64,000 nt of DNA from Octopus vulgaris (lineage: Eukaryota): assembly GCA_951406725.2 (NCBI GenBank), contig OX597842.1:29512001-29576000 (forward strand). Reading direction: 5' to 3'. A program made the translations under genes and the position numbers. The notes beneath the pieces are model-generated. The model saw only the letters and a list, made by a program, of their open reading frames with translations. It ran no database searches and was not told the DNA's origin. The number at the start of each line of letters is the position of its first letter. Within the stretch, counting starts at the first letter, position 1. Shown piece after piece: positions 39,067 to 52,200 of the stretch.

Positions 39067-39964
39067 GGTTAATATATAGATCCACGCCCAGGTGGCAAAA
39101 ATGGAAAAAAATATGTGTAACAGGTGTAAGGCATCGTATATTGAAGGAATATGACGAAAAAAAAGCGCGCTGAGAAACTGGGGGTGGGGAGGGGGCTCGG
39201 AAAATTCCCACGATCAACCGTAGAGGATCCGAGCAATAAACCTCAACGCCCGGTCGCAGGCGCGCAACAGAAACCGTCTAAAATTTAGACGGTTTAGACT
39301 CTAAATATTTCTCATGCAATGTATATACAACAAATATTGTTGGGTGGACAAACACACACACACATATATATATACATATACGACGGGCTTCTTAAAGGTT
39401 CCGTCTACCAAACCCACTCACAAGGCTTTTGCTGCCTCGAGGCTATAGTAGAAGACACTTGACCAAGGTACCACGCAGTGCTCGACAAAACTCATATTTT
39501 TTTGTAACTTTCAAATAAAATAATTAAAAAAAAACCTTAATTTCATATTGATGTGGGGAAAATACTCCGAAAGAAATATTTGCAGAAAGGTGAGTAGATT
39601 CATTACACAATTCCATTTCATTGTGTTTAGTGAGATTTGGCTGTTATTTCTAGCATGAAAATAGCCGGCTTGAGGGGGATATATCTTTATATATAAAACT
39701 GTAGTTGTGTGAGTGTCTGTCTCCTACGATTTAGATTCCTAACTACTCCCACATTTTGCGGTGCAGTTTAACTGAAACCGGGCGTTGAGGTTTATTGCTC
39801 GGATCCTCTACGGTTGATCGTGGGTATTTTCCGAGCCCCCTCCCCACCCCCAGTTTCTCAGCGCGCTTTTTTTTCGTCATATTCCTTCAATATACGATGC
39901 CTTACACCTGTTACACATATTTTTTTACATGTTTGCCATCCGGGCGTGGATCTATATATTAACC
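39067..39964. repeat. ~190-bp inverted repeat (39067-39254 / 39777-39964) enclosing a SINE-A fragment and a Helitron-like 5' end
   Basis: Near-identical reverse complements; TCTTTATATATAAAAC start at 39684. Confidence 0.85.
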
Positions 39965-40285
39965 CATATGTATATATGTTTTGTATGTATGTATGTATGT
40001 ATTCTCTTTCCCTTTTGTTTACGTCTTGCATTATTCCTCTTTTTCCATTTGCCCTTCTCTCACCCTCTCTATATTTCCCTCTCTTTTCTCTATTCCTTTC
40101 TCTCCTCCCTCTCTCTTCTTTGTAGCTGCCTCTCTTTCTCTGTTGCCTTCATAACTCTATCTCTCCTGCCCCTTTTCCTCTCACAATTTCTCTTCCTCTC
40201 TCTCAACATATCTCTGTCATTTATTACATTCCTTCTCCTTTATTACGCTTTCTCTTCTCTCTCCTCTCTCTCTCTCTCTCTGTCT

Positions 40286-41560
40286 TGTGCGTCTCTATCC
40301 CCCTTCCTTTATTCAATGTATAACTCTCTTTATCTCTCTCTCTATGTCTATCTATTTCTCTTCGTTATCACTCTCTCTCTATCATTCCCTCTTTCTCTCT
40401 CTCTCTGTCTTTATCATTAGGTCCCTCCATTCTTCCTTTTGTTTCCCCTCTCTCTTCCTTTCACTCTTTTCATCTCTGCGCCTTTCATATTTCTCTTTGC
40501 CGTCCTTATCACTCCTACCCTTTCTTCTCTCCTCTGACTTCCTCTCTCTCTGTCTGTCTTTTTGTGCATCTCTATCACCCCTCTTCCTTTACCCCTTGTA
40601 TAACTCTCTTCATCTCTCTCTCTCTCTCTCTCTATGTCTATCTATTTCTCTTCGTTATCACTCTCTCTCTCTGTCTTTATCATTAGGTCTCTCCATTCTT
40701 CCTTTTGTTTCCCCTCTCTCTTCCTTTCACTCTTTTCATCTCTGCGCCTTTCATATTTCTCTTTGCCGTCCTTATCACTCCTACCCTTTCTTCTCTCCTC
40801 TGACTTCCTCTCTCTCTGTCTGTCTTTTTGTGCATCTCTATCCCCCCTCTTCCTTTACCCCTTGTATAACTCTCTTCATCTCTCTCTCTCTCTCTATGTC
40901 TATCTATTTCTCTTCGTTATCACTCTCTCTCTCTGTCTTTATCATTAGGTCTCTCCATTCTTCCTTTTGTTTCCCCTCTCTCTTCCTTTCACTCTTTTCA
41001 TCTCTGCGCCTTTCATATTTCTCTTTTCCGTCCTTATCACTCCTACCCTTTCTTCTCTCCTCTGACTTCCTCTCTCTCTGTCTGTCTTTTTGTGCATCTC
41101 TATCCCCCCTCTTCCTTTACCCCTTGTATAACTCTCTTCATCTCTCTCTCTCTCTCTCTATGTCTATCTATTTCTCTTCGTTATCACTCTCTCTCTCTGT
41201 CTTTATCATTAGGTCTCTCCATTCTTCCTTTTGTTTCCCCTCTCTCTTCCTTTCACTCTTTTCATCTCTGCGCCTTTCATATTTCTCTTTGCCGTCCTTA
41301 TCACTCCTACCCTTTCTTCTCTCCTCTGACTTCCTCTCTCTCTGTCTGTCTTTTTGTGCATCTCTATCCCCCTCTTCCTTTACCCCTTCTATAACTCTCT
41401 TCATCTCTCTCTCTCTCTCTCTCTCTCTCTATGTCTATCTATTTCTCTTTGTTATCATTCTCTCTCTCTGTCTTTATCATTAGGTCTCTCCATTCTTCCT
41501 TTTGTTTCCCCCTCTCTCTTCCTTTCACTCTTTTCATCTCTGCACCTTTTATATTTCTCT
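40286..41560. repeat. Pyrimidine-rich tandem satellite, ~265-bp unit, ~4.7 copies
   Basis: TGTGCATCTCTATC recurs at ~40286, 40563, 40829, 41091 and 41355. Confidence 0.93.
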
Positions 41561-42370
41561 TTTCCCTCCTTATCACTCCAACTCTTTCTTCTCTCCTCCC
41601 TCCCTTTACATCAAACAACCCACCATTTCCCGCCTTTTCCCTTCCCAGCAGACGACAACCTTCCACAGAGACAGACGACCATTTAATCTGTTCTTGTATT
41701 CTTGTGTATTTCTGTCATTCTTTACGCAATTTTCCATCTAATGTCCACTTTTAAAATAAAACTATTTTATTTTTCACTGAAAAAAATTCAATTAAACCAC
41801 CTCAAGTTATTTCTTGTGTTTGTTGGCCAAGTTTTTTTCTTGTTTCGTTTTTAAGATTAACTTTTTGAAATAATGAGAAGTTTGACAAGAAAAATATATT
41901 TTTGACAAATGATTGAAAAATTTATTTCTCATTAACAAAATGTCAATAATTTGTTTTGTTTTATATCTATAAAGTAATTATAATATCGAAAGTAATTTGT
42001 ATGAATGGAATTATGGATATTTTTGAGTGAGATAATACATTATATTTTAAGATCATTATTGTGTAAGAATTTTCTGTTTGATTTATCTAAATTTTCAAAT
42101 CATTTAGTCTTTCATTTTTATGTCATTTCACGGGAGAAATCTGTTTGATATCGTTTCTTATAGAGACAAACTATATATATACGTGCATCTATGCGTAGAC
42201 ATGAGCGTGTATAAGACATGAAATATAGATATATCTATATGTCTGTAGTTCTGCGAAATACAATTCTACCCTAAACGTGTGTGTGTACATGTGTATGTGT
42301 GTGCATGTATATGTGCAAAGATGGAGAGAGAGAGAGAGAGAAAGACAGAAAATGGGTGTGAAGAAAGCGT

Positions 42371-42863
42371 GGATCTTTGCGGTTTGACCGGCAGTTTTTT
42401 TCTAGCGGTGTCATGAAATTTTCACCCATAATTATGACCCCAGTATCGATCTATTGCATTTCAATCTGTTTTAGGGTTAGGGTTAGGGGTGGGGGAAAGG
42501 GTATTTTTTTTCTTCAGAAATGTAAATAAACCCAGTTTGTTTCTTAAACAAGGGACATATTCATACGGCACAGAATGTTGTTTTTTTACCTCAATAGACG
42601 TCAGTGATTGGTTGAAATTGCAGAAAAAACCCAACAAATATCTTACAAACTATAGAATTTTCCCAATAAAGCCAAGAGAAAAAGATGTTTTATAAACACA
42701 TTCTTCCAGAATACGAAGTTTAAAAGTGTTTAGTTACCTAGAAATTATTTTAAAAAGTGCCGTTCAAACCGAAAAGATCCTAGATCGATACTAGGGTCAT
42801 AATTATGGGTGACAATTTCATATGACACCGTTAGAAAAAACTGCCGTTCAAACCGAAAAGCTC
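42371..42863. mobile_element. MITE (42371-42780) plus an extra inverted terminal fragment (42781-42863)
   Basis: GGATCTTTGCGGTTTGACCGGCAG / GCCGTTCAAACCGAAAAGATCC TIRs; internal (TTAGGG)2. Confidence 0.85.
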
Positions 42864-42986
42864 CTCAAATTGTCTTTCTTTATTTTAATGACGTTGCCAG
42901 GTTTGGAGAAATCTTTATTTCTGAGGTTGTTTCTTTCCATAAAAGATGGAGAGCTGGACTCTCTTCGTCATTGTGATGTATTTTGC

Positions 42987-43072
<86 letters not shown>

Positions 43073-43078
43073 GATACT

Positions 43079-43277
43079 GCTGAAAAGTTCCTGGCGCTGG
43101 GTAAAAGAAAATAGAGGTGGATCAGTTAATTACGATTCTATTCAGCATATTTCTCTCTCAGATTCACCCACTCATTGCAGCGGTCCTTCAGTTTTCCTAA
43201 GCCCTGTAAAAGAACTCGGAAAGTTGAACCTCCAACCAGATCTTACGCGACACCCGTAAAGCAAGGAACTTTTCAGC
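43079..43277. mobile_element. Mariner-like MITE
   Basis: GCTGAAAAGTTCCT / AGGAACTTTTCAGC inverted termini. Confidence 0.65.
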
Positions 43278-43439
43278 TGCAGATCATATGATTCTATAAT
43301 TAGTGCACAAAATGCTTCAAGAGTTGCGGTCCCTCATGTTCAGTACAATGTATTTATTATGGTAGTTTTGACTTTAAGAGTCCCTTGTAGTGTGAGGTAT
43401 TTATGTATGGTAGTGCCCTTAATATGAATAAATAAATAA

Positions 43440-43493
<54 letters not shown>

Positions 43494-43669
43494 GAATGTT
43501 TTACTTTTTGGTATTTTCTTTTCTTTTAGATGAATTCTAAAGCTGATATTAACCTCAACAATGTATCTGGGGATATTGAACCCTATTTCACTAAAGCACA
43601 ACTGGAGAATATGTCTGAATAAATACACACACACACACACATATATATATACAATATATATATAAGAAG

Positions 43670-46473
43670 ACCAGCTCAGAGAAGAGTCTGGAAACTTAAA
43701 GATCCTTAGATGGACAGAGATTTAGAGAAGTTCTACTCAAAGCTTTCGACGAAATAGGAGGGGATATGGCATCACATAATGTGGAAGCCAACTGGAGGTT
43801 TCTACGGGACAATCTGCTGAGAGCCACTGACCAGATCTGTGGATGGAGCAAAGTCCCATCTCGTCCCAGGGTAACATGGTGGTGGAACAATGTTGTAGAC
43901 AGGGCTATTAGAGACAAGAGAGAGGCTTGGAAGGACTGGAGGAAAGGCGGTTGTAGGGAATTGTATCAGACTGCGAAAAGAGAAGCTAGGAGACAGGTAT
44001 ATTTAGCCAGAGGGGAAGCAGATAAGAAAAAATTTGCCAATGTTCTGCGCCGTGAGGACCAAAGACTTGAGGTGTTTCGTGTTGCAAGACAGTGTGTGAG
44101 AGAGAATCGTGATGTGGTAGGAGAGAAATGTGTTCGCATGGATGATGGTTCACTTGCGCTAAATGAGGATGCAAAGAGAGAGGTTTGGAGATGCCACTAT
44201 GAAAGGTTGCTCAACAAAGAGAATGAATGGGATAATGAGAGTCTGCCAAATGTTGACCCAATAGAGGGACCAGCTATCCGAGTTGACAGTTCCATGGTAG
44301 TTAAGGCAATTGGAAGCATGAAGACAGGGAAAGCCCCAGGCACATCAGGAATTACTGCTGAGATGCTCAAAATATCTGGCAGTGTCGGCTATAGCCTAGT
44401 CACCCGTATAGTTAACCAGGTGATACACGAAGGAGTCATACCCAATGACTGGTGTAGTAGCATAATAGTCAACTGCTACTAAGGTAAAGGTGATGCCCTA
44501 GATACAAGTAATTACAGAGGTATTAAGCTGTTGGATCAGGTAATGAAGGTTACGGAAAGGGACACAGCCCAACTGATTAGAGAGAGAGTCAACCTGGACG
44601 AGATGCAGTTTGGTTTCGTGCCAGGGAAAAGCACCACCGATGCCATATTTCTGGTGAGACAGCTGCAGGAGAAATACCTAGCCAAAGATAAGCCCGTGTA
44701 CCTTGCTTCCGTTGACTTGGAGAAAGCCTTTGACAGGGTCCCCCGATCCCTTATCTGGTGGTCAATGAGGAAACTAGGGATAGATGAATGGTTAGTGAGA
44801 GCTGTGCGTGCCATGTACAGGGATGCTGTTAGTAAGGTGAGGGTTGGCAACGAGTACAGTGAAGAATTCTGGGTGGAGGTTGGGATCCACCAAGGCTCAG
44901 TCCTCAGCCCCCTCCTATTTATCATAGTCCTCCAGGCAATAACGGAGGAATTCAAGACAGGATGCCCCTGGGAGCTCCTCTATGCTGACGACCTTGCTCT
45001 AATTGCTGAATCACTATCAGAACTCGAGGTGAAGTTTCAGGCATGGAAGCAAGGATTAGAATCGAAGGGCCTTAGAGTCAATCTAGCTAAAACCAAAGTC
45101 CTAATAAGTAGGAAGGTAGACAAATCTCAAACACCTTCAGGTAGATGGCCCTGCTCGATCTGTAGAAAAGGCGTAGGTAGGAACTCTATAAGATGCACCA
45201 AGTGTAAGCTATGGACACATAAGAGGTGCAGCAATGTCAAAGGAAGGCTAACTAGGAAGAGAGTTTTTGTATGTGGCAGATGCTCTGGTTCAATAAAGAC
45301 TGAAAATGCGCAGAGACCATCTTCCGCCACATTCCAGGGAGAAAAACTTAAAATAGTTGATAGTTTCCGTTACCTAGGTGACCAAGTCAGTAGCGGAGGT
45401 GGGTGTGCCGAAAGTGTAACTGCTAGAGTAAGGATAGCCTGGGTAAAGTTCAGAGAGCTCTTACCTCTTCTGGTGACAAAAGGCCTCTCGCTCAGAGTAA
45501 AAGGCAGACTGTTTGACGCATGTGTGCTAACAGCCATGCTACATGGCAGTGAAACATGGGCCGTGACTGCTGAGGATATGTGTAAGCTCGCAAGAAATGA
45601 AGCCAGTATGCTCCGTTGGATGTGTAATGTTAGTGTTCATAGTCGACAGAGTGTAAGTGCCTTGAGAGAAAAGTTGGACCTAAGAAGCATCAGATGTTGT
45701 GTGCAAGAGAGGCGTCTATGCTGGTATGGGCATGTGGCGAGAATGGATGAAGATAGTTGTGTGAAAAAGTGCCACACCCTAGCGGTTGAGGGAACCTGTG
45801 GAAGAGGTAGACCCAGAAAAACCTGGGACGAGGTGGTGAAGAATGACCTTTGCGCTTTAGGTCTCACCGAGGAAATGACCAGAGACCGAGACCTTTGGAA
45901 GTATGCTGTGTGCGAGAAGACCCAGCAGGACACATGAGGCCATAACCCATGGCCCCTACCTGGGACGTAGTCAGTCCACCTGTGCATACCTTCCTTCTTG
46001 GGACACATAACTCTACTTGTGAAGACCTGTTGAGGCAAGTGAAAATCAAATCAAATCAAAATCGATGAACATCAATGGAATTTGTATTTTTGTGGTACCA
46101 GTGTGGTGGCACATAAGAAAACCGTCAGAACGTGGCCGTAGCCAGTACCGCATTGACTGGCCTCCGTGGTGTGGGCACGTAACAAGCACCATCCGATCAT
46201 GGCTGTGCCAGCATCGCTTGGCCTCCATGCCGGTGGCACGTAAAAACACCATCCGAGCGTGGCCGTTCGCCAGCCTTGTCTGGCACCTGTGTCGGTGGCA
46301 CATAAAAAGCACCCACTACACTCATGGAGTTGTTGGCGTCAGGAAGGGCATCCAGCTGTAGAAACACTGCCAGATCTGACTGGCCTGGTGCAGCCTTCGG
46401 GCTTCCCAGACCCCAGTTGAACCGTCCAACCCATGCTAGCATGGAAAGCAGACGTTAAACGATGATGATGATG
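43670..46473 (+). mobile_element. 5'-truncated, young RTE-clade LINE; ORF2 43766-45937 broken by one nonsense codon (44480-44482); PHD finger at 45152-45283
   Basis: GKAPG, NYRGIKLL, QFGF, DLEKAFD, QGSVLSP, YADD, FRYLG, HGSETW, GRGRPRKTW; 3' UTR with (GAT)n tail. Confidence 0.96.
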
Positions 46474-46749
46474 ATATATACACATATATATATATGTGAT
46501 TTGGGGTGTATGAGAATAAATATATGTTTTATGATCTAAAAGGCTCCAGAAAAAATCTTATGAATTCGAGCCATATTCATTATTCAATAGAAATCTAATC
46601 TGTTTCTCCTCTAAATATTTAACTTTCTATGTAAAGCGACAACGTGACTTAACTATGAAAATGAGAGGGAGAGACTAAGAGAAAGAGGGGGAGGGGGAGA
46701 GACAGAGGGTGGGGCAATAAAGCATAGAGAGATATAACAACACAACAAC

Positions 46750-46985
46750 TCTGAGAGTGTAGTGGGTGCTTTTATGTACGACTGGCACGAGGGCCAGTCA
46801 GGCGGTACTGGCAATGGCCACACTCAAAATGGTGAATTTTACGTGCCACCTGCACAGAAGCCAATCAGCTGCTCTGGCAATGATCATGCTCGGATGGTGC
46901 TCACTGGATGGGTGTCAGTCATTGAATTTGCGAATTTGATTCAATTTCAATTTCACTTGCCTCAACAGGGCTTCGCAAGCAGAGT
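46750..46985 (-). mobile_element. RTE 3' UTR fragment
   Basis: Reverse complement of 46030-46325. Confidence 0.7.
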
Positions 46986-47540
46986 TTAGTGTCTTATTTC
47001 GTTTTTTTTCCCCACCCCTCCTTCGTTCCTTTTTCTCTCTCTTCCTTTCTTTCGTCCCCCCCCCCTTACTCAGTATATGAGAATCGCTACATAGATGTTT
47101 TTAACTTGCGTGCGAGATGGTTTGCGTGAATATATGTACGCATGCATTTATGTATATATTTAGATTTATATTTATACGTCTGTATATGTAAGCCGTTTGC
47201 ACGCATCCTTCTGTGTATGTTGATATATATATGTACATTTTAATATAAATATGTATTGCAGTGTAATATTTATAACAGGTTTAATTTCTATGCATTAATT
47301 TATACCTTCTTCATTAATGTCAATATGTATTTTATTCAATGTAAGGTTTTTTTCCTCGGATTTTATAATTTTTATAAGTTTTTATATATATATACATATA
47401 TTTTTGACCTTTTTGTTTATCGCTCGAAGATTGACCGTTTTTTTCTAAAGGGCCAATCAAACAAGTCCATTTCTTTTTAAAGGTGTAGTGTTTGTAAGAG
47501 TCTAGATTGAATTGATATATCGGTTCCATTCTAGCAAAAA

Positions 47541-47578
47541 CTGTCTGATGAACGGCAACGAGAAACTCAGAGTAACAG
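47541..47578 (+). ncRNA. Minimal hammerhead ribozyme motif in a PLE pLTR-like fragment
   Basis: ctgt-CTGATGA-acg gcaa cga-GAAA-ctc a gag-TA-acag: intact core, GUA triplet. Confidence 0.7.
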
Positions 47579-47944
47579 ATTTTGTTGAATTTTCTGCTGC
47601 TTAAAATAAAGCATATTACTCTACCACTGGGATTTGAGTACTCCTTTTTCCACCTTGTTTCACATTTATGTGTTTACTCCGGTATATATATATATATATA
47701 TATACATATATATATACAAATACACATACATAAATACATAGTTACAAACATAATTAATAATACGGTTCCAGGAAATAGATGGTAAATGTTTTTATTTTTT
47801 ATTCCCTTCGAGAATTTATCCCTAATTAGTGGCTTGGACTTTAGCTGTTCCTTCTAGTGTGAGGTAGTCCAATGATGGACACCTCTTATTGTGTTTAAAT
47901 GTACACTGTGTTTTATACATACAAACATATGTACACACCTACCA

Positions 47945-48157
47945 TATCAATGTAACTCATAATTTCTTTGTAGACGACCTGAAGATTTATGCTAAAAGTG
48001 TTACCAAGGCCAAAAAACAACTGGAATTAATTCCAACCTTTTCAGCTGAGGTAGGCATGGAATTTGGCCAAAAGAAATGTTCAGATTTGGTTATAGAACA
48101 AGGAAAGTCAGTACCCCAAACCCAAAACCTGTGCATCAACAGCCTCTCCCGCTTCCT

Positions 48158-48195
<38 letters not shown>

Positions 48196-49206
48196 TTTTA
48201 TGTATATACTCTTTACTCTTTTACTCTTTTACTTGTTTCAGTCATTTGACTGCGGCCATGCTGGAGCACCGCCTTTAGTCGAGCAAATCAACCCCAGGAC
48301 TTATTCTTTGTAAGCCCAGTACTTATTTTATCGGTCTCTTTTGCCGAACCGCTAAGTGACGGGGACGTAAACACACCAGCATCGGTTGTCAAGCAATGCT
48401 AGGGAGACAAACACAGACACATAAACACATACACATATATATATACATATATACGACAGGCTTCTTTCAGTTTCCGTCTACCAAATCCACTTACAAATAC
48501 ACTTCCATAAATACATATGTACATACATACATACAGGTATGAAAACAGACATGCATACATAATTACATATCTATACATACACGCATACATGTATAACAAA
48601 ATATGATAGCAGAGTGTGTAAAGTAATATTTAAGTTGAATGATTAACTTAAAACCAACTGGAATTAATTCCAACCTTTTCAGCTGCTATTGCTAGACAGC
48701 CGTTCATCCGACCTTTCAACAGGTCTTGTTTTTAATTTTGTTGGGTTTCTAGCAACGCTCCTCATGTGGATATCCAGGTGGGGTTGCCAGTTTAATTGCT
48801 GACAACCCAACCATGCAACATGTTGTACTGGATTCCATGTTACCAGCAGCACTTATGAGAGCCTTGTAAGTGACCTGACATACAGACAGACATACATAGA
48901 TACATAAATACATACATACATATATATTTGCATACTTACAAACACATACATACAGACATACATACATACATGCATACATACAGACATACATACATATATA
49001 CATGCATAGATACATGCATACATGCATACACACATACATGTATACACACATACATGCATGCATACATACATACGTACGTACATATATGCATGCATACATA
49101 CATACATGCATGCATGCATGCATACATACATACATATATATTTGCATGCTTACAAATACATACGTACAAACATACACATACATGCATACATACATACATA
49201 CATCCA

Positions 49207-49238
<32 letters not shown>

Positions 49239-52200
49239 CACATACATACATACATACATATATATTTGCATGCTTACAAACATACACACACATACATAAA
49301 TACATATGCACATACATGCAGATTCATACATGCATGCAAACACACATACATACACATATATACACACATACATATGCACCACCAGTTTTAGACGTATCAG
49401 TTTTCCGATTCAGTGTTCTGTCCGACATTTGAAATCAGGATAAAAATTCTTAAAATTTTTGAAACGAACTCAAAATAAAGAAACAGGATAGAAATTGATT
49501 GTTGCATAACAAAATATGATAGCAGAGTGTGTAAAGTAATATTTATGTTGACCGATTTCTCAATCACAACGTGACTAACATCTCAGGTGTGGCAATATTG
49601 GTTGACGATATGAAATTACGTGAGGTGTCTATTATTCTCGTTAATTTAAGAAAAGTGATCCTCTCTAAATTTAACAATGATTATCTTGTTGCTGGTGGTG
49701 GTGGTATTTTGTGTGTGTGTGTGTGTATTTGATATTGTTGGCATTGTTATTGTTGTTGCCCTCTCTTCCAGTTATCTGATCAAATGGCTGAATTGCAGCC
49801 ACACATATATTGTCCCTGATATACATATGACTGCATCAAGCTGACACCATAGAGCACGGGTTCGATATGTGTTGCGGGAAATGCGGCCACGCCTACCTCT
49901 AGTGAACATTTAATTCTAGTGAGTTCTAATTTTAGGTGTTGTTGTCTAGCTCCCAGATCATCTCTATTCCAGAAATCATTTGCTTAAAGACGTTTTATCC
50001 ATAACCATCCTGTTTTTTGGCTATGAGTAATGTTGAAATTACATTATCTACAATAACCTTTCTTTCTTATAACAGTTAGGCATTAGCTGAGTGAGGTTTC
50101 GCTGCTCTCTCTATCGGGTCTTCACGATAGCCAATTGACAGCTTTGCAGTAATTGTTGCGGTTCTCTATGTTCTGAGATCAAATCCAGCTGAATTCAAAT
50201 TCTTTCAGGGTCAATAGATAAACTACTAGATAGAAATAACTACAGGGTTATTAAACTGTTGGATCAGGTGATGAAGGTCTCAGAGAGGGACATAGTCCAT
50301 CTCATTAGGGAGAGGATTTTCTTAGATGAGATTCAGTTCAGTTTTGTGCCAGGTAGAAGCACCACGGATGCTATATTCCTGCTCCGACAACTGCAGGAGA
50401 AGTACCTAGCTAAAGATAAACCCCTCTACATAGCTTTTATGGACTTGGAGAAAGCCTTTGACAGGGTCCCCCGATCCCTTATCTGGTGGTCGATGTGGAA
50501 ACTGGAGATTGACGAATGGCTAATAAGGACTGTACAGGCCCTATACAGAGAGGCTGTCAGCAAGGTTAGAATTGGCAACGAATATAGTGAAGAATTCCGG
50601 GTAGAAGTAGGTGTACACCAAGGCTCAGCCCTCAGTCCCCTTTTATTCATCATAGTCCTCCAGGCAATAACAGAGGAATTCAAAACAGGTTGCCCCTGGG
50701 AGCTCCTCTATGCTGATGACCTGGCTCTCATAGCAGAATCACTACCGGAACTAGAAAAGAAATTTCGGGTGTGGAAGCAAGGGTTAGAATCAAAGGGCCT
50801 TAGAGTAAACGTAGCAAAGACCAAAGTTATAGTAAGCAGAAAGGCGAACTCAGCACACACACCCTTGGGCAGGTGGCCCTGCTCGATCTGTAGGAAAGGT
50901 GTAGGTAGAACCTCCATAAGATGTACCCAGTGTAAGCTATGGATGCATAAGAGGTGCAGCAACATCAAAGGGAAATTAACTGATAAGATAGCTTTCATGT
51001 GCGGCAGAGGCACAGGGACAATAGACACGACAGATACTCAGAAAACAGGTTCCATCACACTCCAGGGGGAGAAACTAGAAGTAGTTGATAGTTTCCGCTA
51101 CCTGGGTGACCAAGTTAGTAGTGGAGGTGGATGCTCAGAGAGTGTCACCATTAGAATACGAATAGCCTGGGCAAAGTTTAGAAAGCTCCTACCCCTACTG
51201 GCAACAAAGGGTCTCTCGCTCAGAGTGAAAGGTAGATTGTATGATGCATGTGTGCGAACTAGCATGCTTCACGGTAGTGAAACATGGGCTGTGACTGCAG
51301 AGGACATGTGTAGACTTGAAAGAAATGAAGCTAGCATGATCCGCTGGATGTGTAATGTCAGTGTGTGTGCACGACAGAGAGTAAGCGCCCTGAGAGAAAT
51401 GCTGGACATACGAAGCATCAGATGTGGTGTGCAAGAGCAACGCTTGCGATGGTATGGTCATGTACTGTGGATGGATGAGGAGAGATGAGTGAAGAAGTGC
51501 CGCTCCCAAACAGTTGAAGGTATCGGAGAGAGAAAGACCCAGGAAGACATGGGATGAGGTAGTCAAGCATGACTTAAGATGGTTGTGCCTCACATAGGCA
51601 ATGACGAAGGACCGAGATCTCTGGAGATATGCTGTGACTGCAAAGACCCAGGCTGCTTTCTGCACCAGTTCCGCATAGCCCCTGCCCATTCAAAGTACCT
51701 TGGATACCAGAACATCCCGCTGTGCTTGGGGAGACCTATTGAGACAAGTACATGAACATCGAAATAAATATCAATGGAAATAGTAGTTGTGATACCTGTG
51801 CCAGTGGCACATGAAAAACACCATCCGAACGTGGCCGATGCCAGCGCCGCCTCGACTGGCTTCTGTGCCGGTGGCACGTTAAAAGCACCAACCGATCATG
51901 GCCAATGCCAGACTCCCCTGACACGTAAAAAAACCCACTACACTCACGGAGTGGTTGGTGTTATGAAGGGCATCCAGCTGTAGAAACACTGCCAGATCAG
52001 ACTGGGCCTTGTGCAGCCCTTGGCTTCCCAGACCCCGGTTGAACCATCCAAACCATGCTAGTGCGGAAAACAGATGTTTAACGACGATGATGATATAGGT
52101 ACATCACCTAAGAACTGCACTGATCCCATTAAGGGCCCAACGCAAGGCATTTGAATAAATCACAGAGTTGGTCTGAGCAGAAATGTGTAGGGTGGTTGTG

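Noticed and set aside
39814-41754. Hydrophobic Leu/Ser/Phe-rich ORFs resembling membrane proteins
   Set aside because: Product of the CT-rich satellite; no domain or splice evidence.
42471-42490. TTAGGG repeats as an interstitial telomere
   Set aside because: Only about two units, internal to a MITE present twice in the window.
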